Below, piece after piece: positions 46,444 to 55,756 of a DNA stretch of 64,000 nt; position 1 is the stretch's first letter; each line of letters begins with the position of its first letter. The DNA comes from a virus. Lineage: Duplodnaviria; Caudoviricetes. The notes under the pieces are model-generated. The model ran no database searches. It was not told the DNA's origin and saw only the letters and a list, made by a program, of their open reading frames with translations. The position numbers were made by a program, and so were the translations under genes. The stretch is from the IMG/VR virus record IMGVR_UViG_3300021431_000076, positions 224,001 to 288,000 of that record; one strand, given 5' to 3'.

Positions 46444-47868
46444 ATGGATCCTAATACTATTAAAGTTCTATCTACAGAGGATCTTATCAATAGATTTGGA
46501 AGAACTGATTTATTACCTATACAGATAGATAGAGATTTCTATAAGAAAATGAGAACTAACTTAGTTGTACCTTCTACTAATCAATCATTCTCTATGGTAG
46601 TAGAATATATGACTAAATGGTTTTATGATAAATTCCCAGAGAAGTTCTTTAGAACTAAATATCTAGAAGCATCTCATATAATGGATTCATTAAGATCTAT
46701 AACACAAAAACAATTAGTAGGAAATGTAAAACCTGCAGCTACTATTGTGGCTGATCTAGATATGTCTTATACTAGAGAAAATCTAGACCTATATAATATG
46801 GGTATGCTCTTATATCAAAATAAATGCCATTATAAGGATGCCTTTTTTATAGATAGAGACAAACATCTCTTTGTTTCTCTTGCTACTGAATTGATACTGA
46901 TGAATTTTACCTTTAAGATAAGAGTGGATACTAGATCTATGCAAATTGATGTAGCTAAAATGTGTCAGTTAGCATTTAGAGCTGGAGGATCAGAGAAGCA
47001 TTATAATGATATAGACTTTCCTATTCCTAATGAGTTAATAATGCAAATAGCAGATGATGCTGGTTTTTGTCCTTGTACTTGTATGATGGATAACATTGAG
47101 TTGATGAAATACTTAAACTCTCATTCCAAACTACCATTCTTCTACAAACTAAATACTGCTACACAAAATATGGAATGGTTCATTAAGATTCCCCAATCTA
47201 TAATACATATCAAAGTAGGAGATGTACAGATTGGTTCTGGTATAATGAAAGGAATGATTAATGTTGACCATGATATTACATTTGATGCACAAGTTAGGTT
47301 CCCAGCGCCTAAGTTCTATGCGTATTACTCTATTATTGCTAGAGAAAACGTTAAGTCTATACATCAAATCAGCTCAGGTATGTATATACAGACTGTTACT
47401 AACCTATCTAGAGTTCCAGAGAAAGATGAGCATGGATGGCAATGGACAGTCCATACCGAATATGCTTTTAATGAAGAAAAAGAAATTGATGATATCAAAC
47501 ACGGAAGATATGAAGGATTAAAGATCTGTTTTGATGAGTTAATAGGAGATCTAAGAACAGTAATAGATTATACTAAGTCTATTGCTATATCTCCAGAGGT
47601 ATTCTTAAATATAAGGCTCTATAGTTTTGATAAGTTGGTTAAGACTCATATAGATTGGCAGACTTATACTATTCATATAGATGAACCTATAGAGTCTGCT
47701 AATTGTTATCTGATTATCTATATGGATAATAATTATATGAATGAACAGATATCCAATATTAAAGAGTATAGTAAGAATAGAATACAACCATCTGATAATC
47801 AGATTGGTCCTAATATAACTCCTAGAACAAGAACTCCTCAGTCTTCTAGTAGTTTAAGTAATCTATAG
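46444..47868 (+). CDS. Probable virion structural protein
   Basis: 474 aa; variant late motif CACA-N6-TA at 46413-46424; SD AAGGAGG. Confidence 0.6.
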   Translation: MDPNTIKVLSTEDLINRFGRTDLLPIQIDRDFYKKMRTNLVVPSTNQSFSMVVEYMTKWFYDKFPEKFFRTKYLEASHIMDSLRSITQKQLVGNVKPAATIVADLDMSYTRENLDLYNMGMLLYQNKCHYKDAFFIDRDKHLFVSLATELILMNFTFKIRVDTRSMQIDVAKMCQLAFRAGGSEKHYNDIDFPIPNELIMQIADDAGFCPCTCMMDNIELMKYLNSHSKLPFFYKLNTATQNMEWFIKIPQSIIHIKVGDVQIGSGIMKGMINVDHDITFDAQVRFPAPKFYAYYSIIARENVKSIHQISSGMYIQTVTNLSRVPEKDEHGWQWTVHTEYAFNEEKEIDDIKHGRYEGLKICFDELIGDLRTVIDYTKSIAISPEVFLNIRLYSFDKLVKTHIDWQTYTIHIDEPIESANCYLIIYMDNNYMNEQISNIKEYSKNRIQPSDNQIGPNITPRTRTPQSSSSLSNL

Positions 47869-48512
47869 GAGGTGAAATTAGTTGTCATATCTTTCTATCC
47901 AAAAAGATGATTTATTTAAAAGAATAAAACAAAGAAATCAAGAACTTAATCATTATGATTATGGGTTTATCTATAAAGGAAAAAAAGAATCAGAAAATTT
48001 CGATCATTATAGAACCATATCACCTGAAGATTTTGAAAAACATAAACTTGGAGTTTGTTGGGATTATGTAGAACAAGAAGCTAGAGATTTTAAATCTTTT
48101 GGATTTAAGAATACTAATAAACCATTAGAAGATATGCAATTCTCACTTTACTATATTTGCCATACTACAGAGGATGGAATAAATCCAACTCATACATGGC
48201 TAGGATTTAAATATAATGGAAATGTATATGCATTTGAATCTTCATGGTTGTCACATCAAGGAATTCATAAATTTAAAGATGAAAAAAGCATGATATCTAC
48301 TTATGCTAAATGGCATAAATCTGGTATAAAATCCAAAATAATTAACCAGTATATTATAAAGTATGCCCCTAGGATTAAATTCGGTAAGACTCCTCAGCAA
48401 TATATGAATGACATACATTATTCTTCTGGTATATATTATAGCACTACTGATCCTAAATATAAAAATAAAATTAAATATAGATTATAGGAGGTGAAATTAG
48501 TTGTCATATCTT
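47864..48512 (+). repeat. 30-bp exact direct repeat (47864-47893 and 48483-48512) spanning stop, SD and TTG start
   Basis: TATAGGAGGTGAAATTAGTTGTCATATCTT twice. Confidence 0.9.
47882..48487 (+). CDS. Transglutaminase/papain-like Cys-His-Glu protein
   Basis: GVCWDYVE, THTWL and FESSW. Confidence 0.6.
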   Translation: MSYLSIQKDDLFKRIKQRNQELNHYDYGFIYKGKKESENFDHYRTISPEDFEKHKLGVCWDYVEQEARDFKSFGFKNTNKPLEDMQFSLYYICHTTEDGINPTHTWLGFKYNGNVYAFESSWLSHQGIHKFKDEKSMISTYAKWHKSGIKSKIINQYIIKYAPRIKFGKTPQQYMNDIHYSSGIYYSTTDPKYKNKIKYRL

Positions 48513-49595
48513 AAATTTAATGAATCTAATTCTCCTTGGTCTACAAGAATGAATACTTTTATATCAGAAGATGATATTGGTGTAAATTTATCTAGTTGGA
48601 ATTCTGGCGAGATTAATACATTATTCATCACTGGTATTTCTGGATCTGGTAAAACTACTCTTGCTAGAAAATATGCTAAAGATTTTAAATGTACTAAAGT
48701 ACATCTAGATACATTTTGGCATATGGGATATTTATCTTTAGATAAGATTAAAGCTTGGTGTCCATTAATATACCAATATATAGATGAAGGTAGAGTAGAT
48801 AAAAATTGGCTAAAACCATATTTAGCGAAGAAAAAGAAATCTTGTATTTCTATTTCCGATTATAAGGAAATAAGAAATACTCTTTATAAATTTTTAGATT
48901 GGTGTCTTAAAAAGAAAGAAAGAAAAGTAATAGAGGGTGTAGATGTTCCTGAATATATTATAATTAGACAATTATTCGAATATCCTATAATACTTAAAGG
49001 AACTTCTAAATATCATTCTTTGGCTAGACGTTGGTCAAGAGATTGGGATAGAATAAAGAAAGATGATAAATCTATTTTAGATCAACTAATAGACGATAAA
49101 ATTGTTTATGATATATGGGAAACTGAGCAAAATCATCTAAGACAAATCATACTTAATAGGAATGCAGAAATGACAACCTTAAAAGAATCTGTAGGAACCT
49201 ATCAAGATTCTTTGGTTATTTATAACTCTCTTACAGATCAAGAAAAACATTGGTGTTCTCCTTCTGGTAGATTTATAGATTCTCCTATATTGATCAGTAG
49301 GCAAATAATCTATGATAGAAATAAACCTGCAGCATTTGGTGAAGTATATAAATGGAATGGTAAATCTAAAAATGTTGGATTCATAGTATTAGCTGTACAT
49401 AAAAATCATAGAGGAAAAGGTTATGCTAGACAAGTCATAGATAGATGTATAGCCGAGATAAAACAATTAGGTTATAGTAAGCTTATCTATAGAGTGGATA
49501 TAGAAAATACTGCATCTATTAGACTTGCTGAAAAATATGGATTTGAACTTACTAAAGAGAGTAAAGGCTATAAGTCTTATAAATTAGATATTTAA
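48501..49595 (+). CDS. P-loop kinase fused to GNAT acetyltransferase
   Basis: GISGSGKTT; HRGKGYA and ENTASIRLAEKYGF. Confidence 0.8.
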   Translation: MSYLKFNESNSPWSTRMNTFISEDDIGVNLSSWNSGEINTLFITGISGSGKTTLARKYAKDFKCTKVHLDTFWHMGYLSLDKIKAWCPLIYQYIDEGRVDKNWLKPYLAKKKKSCISISDYKEIRNTLYKFLDWCLKKKERKVIEGVDVPEYIIIRQLFEYPIILKGTSKYHSLARRWSRDWDRIKKDDKSILDQLIDDKIVYDIWETEQNHLRQIILNRNAEMTTLKESVGTYQDSLVIYNSLTDQEKHWCSPSGRFIDSPILISRQIIYDRNKPAAFGEVYKWNGKSKNVGFIVLAVHKNHRGKGYARQVIDRCIAEIKQLGYSKLIYRVDIENTASIRLAEKYGFELTKESKGYKSYKLDI

Positions 49596-49742
49596 GATAA
49601 ATTATACCTATATATAAAAAGAATAGGTTGGTGCCGGATAATCTATTCTATGAAGAGTAAATCTGAATAACATGAAACCGAGTATTTAGATTTGCTGTTA
49701 AATATACCTCCTTAAAGGTAGACAAGTATATAAATTAACTGT

Positions 49743-49928
49743 CTAATTATGAGTCTTCATGAAATCATGAATATCATTAAGAACAGCTAATTTGATAAAC
49801 TCTTCAGCAATGCCTGATGATTCAGCTTGGTGGGTTGGACCAAAATTGAATACTTCAGGCATTTCATACTCTTTATCTAATACAGACAAAGGGTTCTTAC
49901 GTCCACTTAGGACAAACCGATTGTACAC
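49743..49928 (-). CDS. Small hypothetical early protein
   Basis: Minus-strand early-like motif near 49981-49990; SD AAGGAGGTGA; GTG 49928. Confidence 0.7.
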   Translation of the reverse strand: MYNRFVLSGRKNPLSVLDKEYEMPEVFNFGPTHQAESSGIAEEFIKLAVLNDIHDFMKTHN

Positions 49929-50039
49929 AGTTATCACCTCCTTTAGTTTCAGAGGTTATTCTTATTCATTCTTCGTGTATATAGTATATATCTGAAACTA
50001 AAGATTCCCTAGGGTATAAATACCCTAGGGAAAAATTAA

Positions 50040-50164
50040 ACTAAAACTACCCCTAGATCCATATGGATCTAGGGGTATTAAAAAAGAAAGGAAGAAATAA
50101 AATGAATGTAATAATGTGGAGAAATTTATGAGAAATCATAGAAAGGAATTGATTAAATATAAGT
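50040..50164 (-). ncRNA. Candidate anti-SD small RNA C
   Basis: AACA-N6-TA at 50164-50175; three anti-SD segments; terminal hairpin 50049-50077. Confidence 0.45.
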
Positions 50165-50182
50165 ACAACTCTGTTTACTTTT

Positions 50183-50602
50183 TTATTTTTCTAATTTATA
50201 AACATTACTTTTTCCATTATCTTTCTTCCAAGCAAAATTAAACCCATTATGTTTGGCTAATTTATTACTAGCTACATTGTTTATATCACAAGGCCAAAAT
50301 AAAAAGTCAAATTCACTTTTCTTAAACCACGATATTCCAGACTTTACTAGTTGACTAGCAATTCCTTGTCCTCTAGCTTCTGGAGATACAGCTAGTATAA
50401 CATAACTATCTTTATACTTACTACTAGGATCTTTCTTAATAGCAAAAAATCCTACTGGTTTATTTTGAAGATAATGAACTTTAAGAAACACTAAATTTTT
50501 TGATGTCAAACTATCAACATCTTTTTTCTCTTCAGAAGATAAGGATTTGCATACTATATTAGCATCTTTTAATTTTGCAGTATTAAAAGCTAAATAGCTC
50601 AT
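50183..50602 (-). CDS. GNAT acetyltransferase
   Basis: ARGQGIA and NNVASNKLAKHNGF. Confidence 0.85.
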   Translation of the reverse strand: MSYLAFNTAKLKDANIVCKSLSSEEKKDVDSLTSKNLVFLKVHYLQNKPVGFFAIKKDPSSKYKDSYVILAVSPEARGQGIASQLVKSGISWFKKSEFDFLFWPCDINNVASNKLAKHNGFNFAWKKDNGKSNVYKLEK

Positions 50603-51339
50603 TCTCTATGCAATCCTTTCTGTTCTGCATTTTGTTTCTTCAATGTTCTTGGTAAGAAGTAATCTGTGTTTACCAAGTTAGATTGAATATGTGCAGATAA
50701 TAAATATGCTGATATAAGATTTCTTGCTATGGAATCAGAATTGGTAATTTCTACTTCTTTCATACTAACCTGACCTTTAGCATTGATTTCATTGTAGAAT
50801 TCATTCTTTGCATTCATTGCATCTGCACGGACTGTTATCAATTCATCCATAGTATTATCTAGATTCATGACTGCTAATGATTCTACTTCTCTATCTGATA
50901 GCTGTGAGTTCTTATCTGTATCAATAAGATTACCAGTCTTATAATCTCTCTTAGATATATCAGTAGAGAATGCTGATTTCTTTACAACCATCTGTTTCAT
51001 TCTCTTAAGAGGTAAATATACTACACAGACTTTCTGACTCTTTACTGGTACACCATCAGAGTTGGTGTATAAGAATGGCATATTTACTTCTTCATTTATT
51101 GGTACATTAATATATTGTAAAGCTTTCATAATAGTATCCATAGTAGGATCTATCTCAAATGGTTTATACTGGAACTTAAGAGGGAAGTCTTGCTTAAAGA
51201 AATCATAGAATTGTTTATCATTCATCTTAGCAAACTTCTTCTTATAGTATTCAGTGTTTTGACCAGTTGGATCCATAATATTCATAACATCATAGATCTT
51301 CTTCTCTACTTTTAATCTCTTATCTTTTGTTATAGCCAA
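50599..51339 (-). CDS. Phage multisubunit RNA polymerase, beta C-terminal fragment (probably virion RNAP)
   Basis: YLPLKRMKQMVVKK, SQLSDREVESL and ELITVRAD align by eye with the RpoB C-terminus (YMLKLxHMVxDK, QRFGEMEVWAL, EMLTVKSD). Confidence 0.7.
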   Translation of the reverse strand: MAITKDKRLKVEKKIYDVMNIMDPTGQNTEYYKKKFAKMNDKQFYDFFKQDFPLKFQYKPFEIDPTMDTIMKALQYINVPINEEVNMPFLYTNSDGVPVKSQKVCVVYLPLKRMKQMVVKKSAFSTDISKRDYKTGNLIDTDKNSQLSDREVESLAVMNLDNTMDELITVRADAMNAKNEFYNEINAKGQVSMKEVEITNSDSIARNLISAYLLSAHIQSNLVNTDYFLPRTLKKQNAEQKGLHRE

Positions 51340-51351
51340 TGATAATCACCC

Positions 51352-52392
51352 CTAATATCTAACAAAATACCCATTAGTCTTTCTTATATCTGCTATCTTC
51401 TTATTCATTGCTGTAGGATCAGCCAACTTAGCAGAGTTATTATTACTAAAATAATTAGATGGAAGATAACCTTCAATCTTATTATAGTAAAACTTAATGA
51501 TACTATCTCTAACACTGTCATCTTTTGTATTGAATACTTGGTCTACATATCTTTTACATGCAATAATATTACTCTCTAATTCTTTTTTACTTTTAGATGA
51601 TAAAGAAGGATCATTCTTAAGATCAGATTCCATTTGTCTGATTTGAACCATTAGTCTTTCTTTTGTATTAGGATGACAATCCATATCAGTAATAGATTTA
51701 GCAGCTGCCCAAATTACTTGTTTAACTGCTCCTAGTATATTTAATACAGGTACATCTTTAAATGTTCTATCTAAAGCACTAGTATTCATTCTCTTAAGAA
51801 TATCGCCATTCATAGTTACTACTTCCATGATCTCTTTACTATATCCATACATTCCTGCAAATTGATCTGCAAACTTTTCATCTACTCTATCGGTTAGTTT
51901 TTCTTTATTTAATAAGAATGGAGAAAATGCATGTCCTATTTCATGCATTAAAACAGCAACTATTTGAGCTGGACTAAATGTTAGTTTTCCATCATCTCGT
52001 GGGAAAAATAATCCTAATGTAGCTAAAATAACAATATTCATTTGCATTGTATTTTTATCAAACGAAAATCCATACTTGCTTACATTTACTCTAGTAGCAG
52101 GTTTGTTTTGTTGTTCTTTTATTGGATATACTATACTAGATGCATTTATGGAAGTTGTTCTATGAAGTCCTAATGCTACATCATTAAAACCAAATGTTTT
52201 TACCAAACATTCTGGTATTTTCTTCATTAATACTTCATCTCTAAGAAGTTCTTTATATTCTTCATTATGAGTTACTAAATACTTAGATGAGTATGGATAT
52301 CTAGCTCTTAATTCTGTTATATAATCTTCTAAATCTAATAATGCTTGTGTCTTACCAAAATACGCTTCATTAAGTGATTTTAATTCTTCCAA
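51352..52392 (-). CDS. Zinc metallopeptidase-like protein, probably a head protein
   Basis: HEIGH, EKFAD and HPxxxERL; N-terminal LNEA. Confidence 0.7.
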   Translation of the reverse strand: MEELKSLNEAYFGKTQALLDLEDYITELRARYPYSSKYLVTHNEEYKELLRDEVLMKKIPECLVKTFGFNDVALGLHRTTSINASSIVYPIKEQQNKPATRVNVSKYGFSFDKNTMQMNIVILATLGLFFPRDDGKLTFSPAQIVAVLMHEIGHAFSPFLLNKEKLTDRVDEKFADQFAGMYGYSKEIMEVVTMNGDILKRMNTSALDRTFKDVPVLNILGAVKQVIWAAAKSITDMDCHPNTKERLMVQIRQMESDLKNDPSLSSKSKKELESNIIACKRYVDQVFNTKDDSVRDSIIKFYYNKIEGYLPSNYFSNNNSAKLADPTAMNKKIADIRKTNGYFVRY

Positions 52393-52508
52393 ATTTCATC
52401 ACCTTCTTATTTTTACCATATATGTGCTCCAGAAGTTCCCACCCTCGGGAACTTCTGATCGTCTCATTTCTCAAAAACGAGTTTAAACGACTATGCGTGT
52501 ATACTTCC

Positions 52509-53714
52509 TCACTTATTAGCTGCTATAATTGTTAAAGTGAAATAAGTAAGAAGAGATTTAATATAACTCTGTTTGGTAGCTTCTCTAGACTTTCTCTTTC
52601 TAAATCTAACAGAATTATCTTCTAATAATTCCATTACTATATCTTTAATTCTGTTAATGGTTTCATCTTTAGAATTTGGTTTAGGTCTAGTAGCATAAGA
52701 AAAAAATGCAGTTGATACTACATCTTTATTTGTAGATTGGTTCATATAAGATCCAATCATACTAGTTACCAACTCTCTTATTAGTTTTATATTATCTCTA
52801 TTATTCAATATAGACTCTACAATTTGTTTAACTTCTTCTGTCTTTACATTAGCATCAGCAGAATATTTGCATGTTTTATAATCTACTTGAGAGGTGTTTA
52901 TTCTTTCCATTGCCTTCTGAGTATACTTCTGTAACTTAAACATGTCATTATCTGTTAAGTGGTATGCTCCTCCTGATTCTCCTTCAGGTATAGCATCATT
53001 ATCATAAGTAATATACTCCTTATTATCATATGCTTCATAATAAAGAGTAGCTATGTTCTTCATGAAAGATTTAATACGATTATGGATCTGCTGAACCACA
53101 TAAACTACATCTTCATCATCAAAATCCATAAATTCTTTCTTATATGAATCTACCCATAATAATGATATAGTCTTTATAGCACCTATTACAGTTCCTGATC
53201 TCTTTAACTCATACTTATTCGTTAATCTAGTATTTACTACATACTCCATTATGTGTCTATACTTAGTAGGAGCAAAAGTAAATGATCCAGAATGAATAGA
53301 TGGATATAGTTTACCAGAAAAAGAAAGATAGATTACTGCTAGATCTAGATTTTTCTGATCTTTCTTAATAAGAAAATATCTTACTACACAAAGAGCTACT
53401 ATTGTAGTAGAATCTTTAGCAGCTTGTGGATTAAACTTCTTTATATCTGCATAGTATGTATGCTTCATGCAGGTATTTATATCTTTCATATCTAATCCCA
53501 ACGCATCAAAGAGTATTTCCCTATCAGAATCATGATAATATATTCTATCTACTGGCATAGAATCAAATAATGCTTGAGATCTATCATGAATGAATCTAGA
53601 TATACACTGTTTCCATTGAGCTAGTCTTTTAGATAATCCTTGCTCTATTTTAGGATATATCTCTTTAAGAACAGCCTCAGAATTATAATTAGACTTCTTA
53701 TGTCCTACAGCCAT
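52509..53714 (-). CDS. Hypothetical late protein
   Basis: 401 aa; SD AGAGGA; AACA-N6-TA at 53752-53763. Confidence 0.8.
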   Translation of the reverse strand: MAVGHKKSNYNSEAVLKEIYPKIEQGLSKRLAQWKQCISRFIHDRSQALFDSMPVDRIYYHDSDREILFDALGLDMKDINTCMKHTYYADIKKFNPQAAKDSTTIVALCVVRYFLIKKDQKNLDLAVIYLSFSGKLYPSIHSGSFTFAPTKYRHIMEYVVNTRLTNKYELKRSGTVIGAIKTISLLWVDSYKKEFMDFDDEDVVYVVQQIHNRIKSFMKNIATLYYEAYDNKEYITYDNDAIPEGESGGAYHLTDNDMFKLQKYTQKAMERINTSQVDYKTCKYSADANVKTEEVKQIVESILNNRDNIKLIRELVTSMIGSYMNQSTNKDVVSTAFFSYATRPKPNSKDETINRIKDIVMELLEDNSVRFRKRKSREATKQSYIKSLLTYFTLTIIAANK

Positions 53715-53781
53715 ATTTCACATTCCTCTCTATAAAATCCTTGATTTTGCTTACCTTATTGTTTTCCCAAGCAGTATTCAG

Positions 53782-53898
53782 AAAAAAAAATAACTAGAAA
53801 GGGATATCAAGTCAATCTAGTTATTTTCGTTTGTAGGAAGCCTAGATACCATAAGTTAGTTTTTATAGTATAATACGAATCTCCTACCGACTCATATC
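53782..53898 (-). ncRNA. Candidate early small RNA
   Basis: Early motif at 53897-53914 (minus), no ORF, GUAGGA/UCCUAC stem, terminator hairpin with U9. Confidence 0.5.
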
Positions 53899-54362
53899 AT
53901 TATAATAATATATAAATGAAATTTTGTTTACTTTTCAAAATTTAATAATTTATTATTGAACGTACACTATAGTACAAGATAAAGTCGCGAGGGTTAAGAT
54001 GTACATAGTATAACTATGGATATCGAAGACTATAAAAACCCTTGATTCATACGAATCAATTTTCTTATGTTGTTAAGTCAAACATAGGCGGCATCAGAGA
54101 CATAATTGCTTTGGTGATTCACACATGAAGATTGAATTAAAACTCAATTTTTATGTGTGACCGGGGGAAGATAGGGTAGAGGGGGGTCACCCTTTGTTTT
54201 TTTCAGGCTTTTGGAAATTCAATCAAATTTCTCTAGGAGAATATCTCTCCTAGAGAATATTTTTGTTTTATAAACTTTAATCCTATTAATATATTCTTAT
54301 TAAACTAAAAAATAGAAATATACTATTCTATTGAGGGTGAGTTAGAGAGAGGAGTAGTTAAA

Positions 54363-54686
54363 ATGATTATTGGGAAAGATTCAGAAGAAATGAAATTACT
54401 AGGAGAAAGATTAGATAATATTCTAGAAAGAGCTAATACTATCTATTGGATTAAATCTAAGAAATATAATCAAGAAAGAGATATACTCAATGTAGTAAGA
54501 TATAATCTAGTTATATCTAATACAGATTATACTAAGATAGATTCTATTTTTGATATGACTAAACCTAAAGAGTTATATGATATTTGTATTAAATCTCTAG
54601 ATGAGATTATACAAGATGCTATAAATGATAGAAAAAGAGAGATTATTCTAGGAAGAGATACTGTATCTGATAGGAGGATAAAGTAA
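54363..54686 (+). CDS. Hypothetical protein
   Basis: Class II early cassette; SD GAGGAG. Confidence 0.75.
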   Translation: MIIGKDSEEMKLLGERLDNILERANTIYWIKSKKYNQERDILNVVRYNLVISNTDYTKIDSIFDMTKPKELYDICIKSLDEIIQDAINDRKREIILGRDTVSDRRIK

Positions 54687-54944
54687 ATGGAAAAAGTTAA
54701 GTTACTCAAATTAAAAGATATGAATAAAGATATCTTCAAGGAAATAATGAATACCTGTATGAAGATAAATAATGAGATAGTAACTATCAAAGAATATTCT
54801 AAATCTGATCCTAGTAATCCAATATTCAGAATAGATGAAGATAAATTGATTGATAGATACTATGAAGTGATAGAGTTATTGTTTATAATGGATAATTCTA
54901 TAAATTATCAACTAAATAAGAAAGAGGAGAATGAGAATGAGTGA
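54687..54944 (+). CDS. Hypothetical protein
   Basis: SD AGGAGG. Confidence 0.75.
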   Translation: MEKVKLLKLKDMNKDIFKEIMNTCMKINNEIVTIKEYSKSDPSNPIFRIDEDKLIDRYYEVIELLFIMDNSINYQLNKKEENENE

Positions 54945-55215
54945 TAATGTAATTAACTTCAATGCAATATTACAAAAGAAAAAGAAAGGAATGACTAGAG
55001 AACAAGCTATAGAGTTATGTATGCATATGTATGAACTCTCTGATGATTTATCCTATGGATTAACTAAACTTACAGATTACATAGAAGAAGATATAGGACA
55101 TGATGAATTTGTTAAAACAATGAAATTGATAGGTGCTAAACAATATATTCTTACTAATGGTATTCAATTGAATAACGTTCTGAATATTATAGGAGAATAT
55201 GTAAAAGGAGAATAA
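54937..55215 (+). CDS. Hypothetical protein
   Basis: SD GAGGAG. Confidence 0.75.
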   Translation: MSDNVINFNAILQKKKKGMTREQAIELCMHMYELSDDLSYGLTKLTDYIEEDIGHDEFVKTMKLIGAKQYILTNGIQLNNVLNIIGEYVKGE

Positions 55216-55219
55216 AATA

Positions 55220-55450
55220 ATGGATATAAAAGAAGACTATGAAGAATTAGAAAAGTCATATAGTAATTTTCTAGATCATCTATTTCAATTACAGAAAAAT
55301 TGTAATGATAAGATGACATTTCTAGAAAGTTATACTATACGACTTCAGATAAATACTATTGGTAATTCTATGAAATCTATTAGAAATGTATTAGGTAATT
55401 ATATTACTAGAGAGAATGGTATATATGATAAAAGAAGAAGTATTGAATAA
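55220..55450 (+). CDS. Hypothetical protein
   Basis: SD AAGGAG. Confidence 0.7.
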   Translation: MDIKEDYEELEKSYSNFLDHLFQLQKNCNDKMTFLESYTIRLQINTIGNSMKSIRNVLGNYITRENGIYDKRRSIE

Positions 55451-55643
55451 TATGAGTAAAGAAGAGCTTATAAAAAAGATTAGAGAATTAGAAGAAAAGA
55501 ATGAAATACTAGAAATAAGAGTCAATAACTATTCTAATTCATATTTCTCTATATTATATACTCTAGATAATATACTTCAACAAACAGGATATAGAAGAAT
55601 GACAGATGTATCTAGAATATCTTCAAATAACTTCTATATGTAA
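55416..55643 (+). CDS. Small coiled-coil hypothetical protein
   Basis: Operon context; terminator 55656-55690; start uncertain. Confidence 0.65.
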   Translation: MVYMIKEEVLNNMSKEELIKKIRELEEKNEILEIRVNNYSNSYFSILYTLDNILQQTGYRRMTDVSRISSNNFYM

Positions 55644-55756
55644 ATCTAGTATAATAAGAGTAGAGAATATTCTCTACTCTCTATTTTTTGTAAAGTAAAA
55701 ATTTTTTCAGTTATATACCATTCCTATGAGTATGAGTTCGAGGAGGAATAGTTAAA

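Noticed and set aside
46262-46528. 88-aa ORF from the track
   Set aside because: It crosses a terminator, a promoter and the start of the real 46444 gene, and has no SD.
49620-49720. Orphan minus-strand SD AAGGAGGT at about 49706-49713
   Set aside because: No ATG/GTG/TTG at usable spacing, and it is partly paired in a local hairpin; insufficient support for a gene.
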